Source: Candidatus Peribacteria bacterium (GTDB lineage Bacteria; Patescibacteriota; Gracilibacteria; Peribacterales; Peribacteraceae). Taken from it: 64,000 nucleotides of DNA. Position 1 is the stretch's first letter, and every line of letters starts with the position of its first letter. The position numbers and the translations under genes are program-made. The DNA lies in contig JBEPVF010000001.1 in assembly GCA_041691135.1 (NCBI GenBank), forward strand, positions 224,001 through 288,000. Direction: 5' to 3'. Of this stretch, positions 61,292 through 64,000 are shown piece after piece. Under the pieces are notes generated by a model. That model did no database searches and was not told the DNA's origin. It was given only the letters and a program-made list of their open reading frames with translations.

Positions 61292-62032
61292 ATGCGTAAC
61301 ACGCGAATCGCCATGGCGGTTGCCACACCGCTCGTGCTGCTGCTCATCGCTCCTGCCGCCTTGGCTGCGGACGATTTCAGCAACGTCACTTTCGATCCGT
61401 CCGATGACGGCTCGATTACCGTAACAGCCAATGTCTACAAGGACATGAAACCGGATATCCTGAACCTGAGTATTTCCTGCGATTACTCGCAACAAGCGGT
61501 TCCGCGCAAGGACCTGCTTCAGAAATTCCAGCAAACGTTCACCGACCTCAAAACAATCGTCGGCACAGACGGCGACGTGCGCAAGACCGGTCGTACCGTC
61601 TACGCCGGCTACATCGATCCATCCGCACCAGGCATAGACCAAACTTTCACTGGTAATGCCAGTTTTCTTGTTCGCAACTTCAAAGGCGACAATGCTACGG
61701 CAGTGCAAGATGCCATCGAAACGAAACTCCCCGGCTGCACGCCATCATGGGATGCACGCGTTCTGTACGTCGAAAAAGCGGCTACCGAAGATTACGGCGA
61801 ACTGATGGAACAGGTGATGTCGCAAAAAGCGTTCTACGAGAAGATGATCAATAAGAAACTCACACGCATGACAAATGCTTCACTCAGCGGCTATGCCGAT
61901 TCCACCTACTATGGCGGCGGCGGCTATGGATCGAATTCCTCCCCTTACGATCCTGAGACGAACACTCTCACCATGAATATCAGCCTGTCCGTCAGTTTCG
62001 AATTCGCACCCAAAAAAGACACCACCAAATAA
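61292..62032 (+). CDS. secreted protein, SIMPL/DUF541-like
   Basis: Signal peptide; SITVTA..KPD.LNLSI; C-terminal ISLSVSFE. Confidence 0.55.
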   Translation: MRNTRIAMAVATPLVLLLIAPAALAADDFSNVTFDPSDDGSITVTANVYKDMKPDILNLSISCDYSQQAVPRKDLLQKFQQTFTDLKTIVGTDGDVRKTGRTVYAGYIDPSAPGIDQTFTGNASFLVRNFKGDNATAVQDAIETKLPGCTPSWDARVLYVEKAATEDYGELMEQVMSQKAFYEKMINKKLTRMTNASLSGYADSTYYGGGGYGSNSSPYDPETNTLTMNISLSVSFEFAPKKDTTK

Positions 62033-62052
62033 GAATCCGTTTGATTTCAACA

Positions 62053-62085
62053 CAAAGACGCCAGAAGATTCTTCTGGCGTCTTTG
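62053..62085. terminator. terminator hairpin between convergent genes
   Basis: CAAAGACGCCAGAAG-ATT-CTTCTGGCGTCTTTG. Confidence 0.8.
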
Positions 62086-62110
62086 GTCTATCTCAGTGGT
62101 TCTTCCCAAT

Positions 62111-63583
62111 TTACCGTGCCTCAAACTTGATCGGCTCTCCCTGATAATCGCCTGGTTGGATAAGCGGAACAACGGTGGGAGTGCGTCCGAGTATTTCGAT
62201 GGTCGCCTCGCCCGCATGAATATCCAATGATGTCAGAGTGGACGGCCGGAAGTCGGCATCACCGAAAGCGGTGCGGAAGACCAGATCTTTCTTGAGCAGC
62301 GGATTCAAGACCGTATTACCATTTTCGTCGACGAAGCGCAGATGAAGTGTCATCCATGCCCGTCGGATACCCTCCGACGAATCCGGAATGATTTCGATAC
62401 GGGCGAATGGCTGGGGCGCAGACGCGATCGGAGCAGCTGCCACCGACACGCCTGATGCAATGGAAGACACGGCGGCGGAACTCGCTGCGACAGGAAGAGG
62501 AGCCGGCACAGCTGTCGGGCGGGCGTCAGCCACGGCCGTTCGGTCGATAAGACTGGGCTGACTGCTGGCAACTGCCAGACGATTCAAACGAGCCTGTAAC
62601 CGTTCCTGCTGATGACTCACCAGGAGAGAAATCTTCGAAGCGGCAGAAGAGGATGCTTGCGCCACCGTAGCAATGAATGGCGCGTAATGTGCCTGCACGT
62701 AAGCAACCGGACTGATCGTTTCGGCCAAACCGCGCGACTGGAATTGCTTGGAGTCAACTGCCTCCGTATACGACAAGCCGACTGCCGTCGCATCTTTGGT
62801 GGTGAAGGGCCATTCCATATGCGAACCGACAATGCCGTCATGCTTATAATCGCGATCGATCTGGAAATGCAGGTGCGCCGTCGTGGCGAAACCGGTCGAT
62901 CCGACTTTGCCGACCAACTGTCCTTTTTCCAGGATCATTCCTTCGGACACATCCACTTCACTCAAGTGCGCATAGCCGGCAAACAGCGTGATGCCACGTG
63001 AGGGATCGGCTGGGTCTGGGGCATTGGCAGTCTTCACAACAACATAGTTACCGAAACCAGACGGATCATTCCCGATACGCGCGACAACGCCGTGCATAGA
63101 ACTGACGACCGGCGTGCCAGCCAGAGCATAAATATCCACACCCGGATGACTTCCATCCATATCGTGTCCCGTGGCGTACGAACCCATATATCCAATGGGA
63201 TAGGCCAGCATGAGTTTGTCAGACCGCTGCGCTTGTACATCATACGGCGGCAAATCGATCAGGAAATCCTGCGGCAACTGGTCATACGTAAAGTCCTTAT
63301 GATTTCCACCATACTGCGCCCAACGCTTGTAATCAGGAATCTTCACCGGCGATACGGTGCCATCGTAGGTAATCAGGCTCTGATCCACTTCGGCGAACAT
63401 GGCGCTGAGCATCACGTTCCATCCGTGAGTGCCCACAAGGTTGCCGGCCGCGAACGCAAACATGGAGAACAGAGCAGTCCAGAAGGCAAACTTCCGCGAT
63501 AGATAGCGGAGAATTGACATCTGCTTCTTGCGATACATCGGCAGTGTCCGAAAGCCCATTGTACGTCGTGAGCGAATCTTCAT
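62111..63583 (-). CDS. membrane-anchored M23 metallopeptidase
   Basis: HPGVD, YAHL, HLHF; low-complexity linker; start uncertain. Confidence 0.85.
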   Translation of the reverse strand: MKIRSRRTMGFRTLPMYRKKQMSILRYLSRKFAFWTALFSMFAFAAGNLVGTHGWNVMLSAMFAEVDQSLITYDGTVSPVKIPDYKRWAQYGGNHKDFTYDQLPQDFLIDLPPYDVQAQRSDKLMLAYPIGYMGSYATGHDMDGSHPGVDIYALAGTPVVSSMHGVVARIGNDPSGFGNYVVVKTANAPDPADPSRGITLFAGYAHLSEVDVSEGMILEKGQLVGKVGSTGFATTAHLHFQIDRDYKHDGIVGSHMEWPFTTKDATAVGLSYTEAVDSKQFQSRGLAETISPVAYVQAHYAPFIATVAQASSSAASKISLLVSHQQERLQARLNRLAVASSQPSLIDRTAVADARPTAVPAPLPVAASSAAVSSIASGVSVAAAPIASAPQPFARIEIIPDSSEGIRRAWMTLHLRFVDENGNTVLNPLLKKDLVFRTAFGDADFRPSTLTSLDIHAGEATIEILGRTPTVVPLIQPGDYQGEPIKFEAR

Positions 63584-63635
63584 AATGGTTGTGTATGTTT
63601 CATACATATTGTAGCACTTTTTCTATTTTCGGTCA

Positions 63636-64000
63636 ATGGTCGAATCTATCCAAATAACACTGGCAAACAGCGAACAGACGCGCAAATGTGGCGCTTCCTT
63701 AGCTGTAACGCTGTACCGTCGTCCACTCGACATCGCCCTGATGGGCAACCTCGGCGCCGGCAAGACGACATTTCTGCAGGGCTTCGCACAGGCATTGGGG
63801 ATCCAAGAAGTCATCACCAGTCCTACGTACGCGCTGGAACAACGCTATAGGACATCTGACCGAACCGAATTCATTCATCTCGATCTGTATCGGTTGGAAT
63901 CGGCTGAAGCTGCAAAGATCCTTCGACAATCGGATGATCATCAGGGCATCCGCTGCATTGAATGGGCTGATCGTGTTCCTGCCAGCACGAATGAATCGGA
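63636..64000 (+). CDS. tsaE: t6A biosynthesis ATPase TsaE, 3'-truncated
   Basis: GNLGAGKTT, SPTY, HLDLYRL, IEWAD; absent from the ORF track because it has no stop in the window. Confidence 0.92.
   Translation, partial: MVESIQITLANSEQTRKCGASLAVTLYRRPLDIALMGNLGAGKTTFLQGFAQALGIQEVITSPTYALEQRYRTSDRTEFIHLDLYRLESAEAAKILRQSDDHQGIRCIEWADRVPASTNES

Overview
Chromosomal window from a small-genome bacterium using genetic code 11 (TGA is a stop, e.g. glmS). Gene content suggests Patescibacteria/CPR, most likely Peribacteria; this is inference from the short VirB2-like pilin, sigma4-HTH protein, baseplate-J-like protein, dciA, purA/fbp/gap/pgk and many orphan ORFs. Housekeeping genes (nfo-like, cca, rplI, secG, khpA, rpsP, prmC, purA, nadK, fbp, gap, mraY, dnaB, recA, ruvX, rpsT, glmS, ftsI-like, rluD, tyrS, xer, pgk, wecA-like, tsaE) alternate with orphans and an integrase-less accessory block downstream of a tRNA. 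The strongest signals are non-coding: (1) two diverged copies of a ~250-nt element whose central stem shows six compensatory base-pair changes, one beside a GTAG-REP and the other carrying a nested GTAG hairpin; (2) a RAYT transposase flanked by inverted REPs; (3) a symmetric 11-6-11 dif-like site overlapping the promoter of a lone Xer recombinase, with DnaA boxes nearby; (4) a tRNA-Ile with the rare UAU anticodon preceded by a copy of its own 5' end; (5) many genes with a -10 box 6-7 nt before the start codon (leaderless) and others with CU-rich, SD-less leaders. Product calls come from motifs read by eye; no database searches were run.
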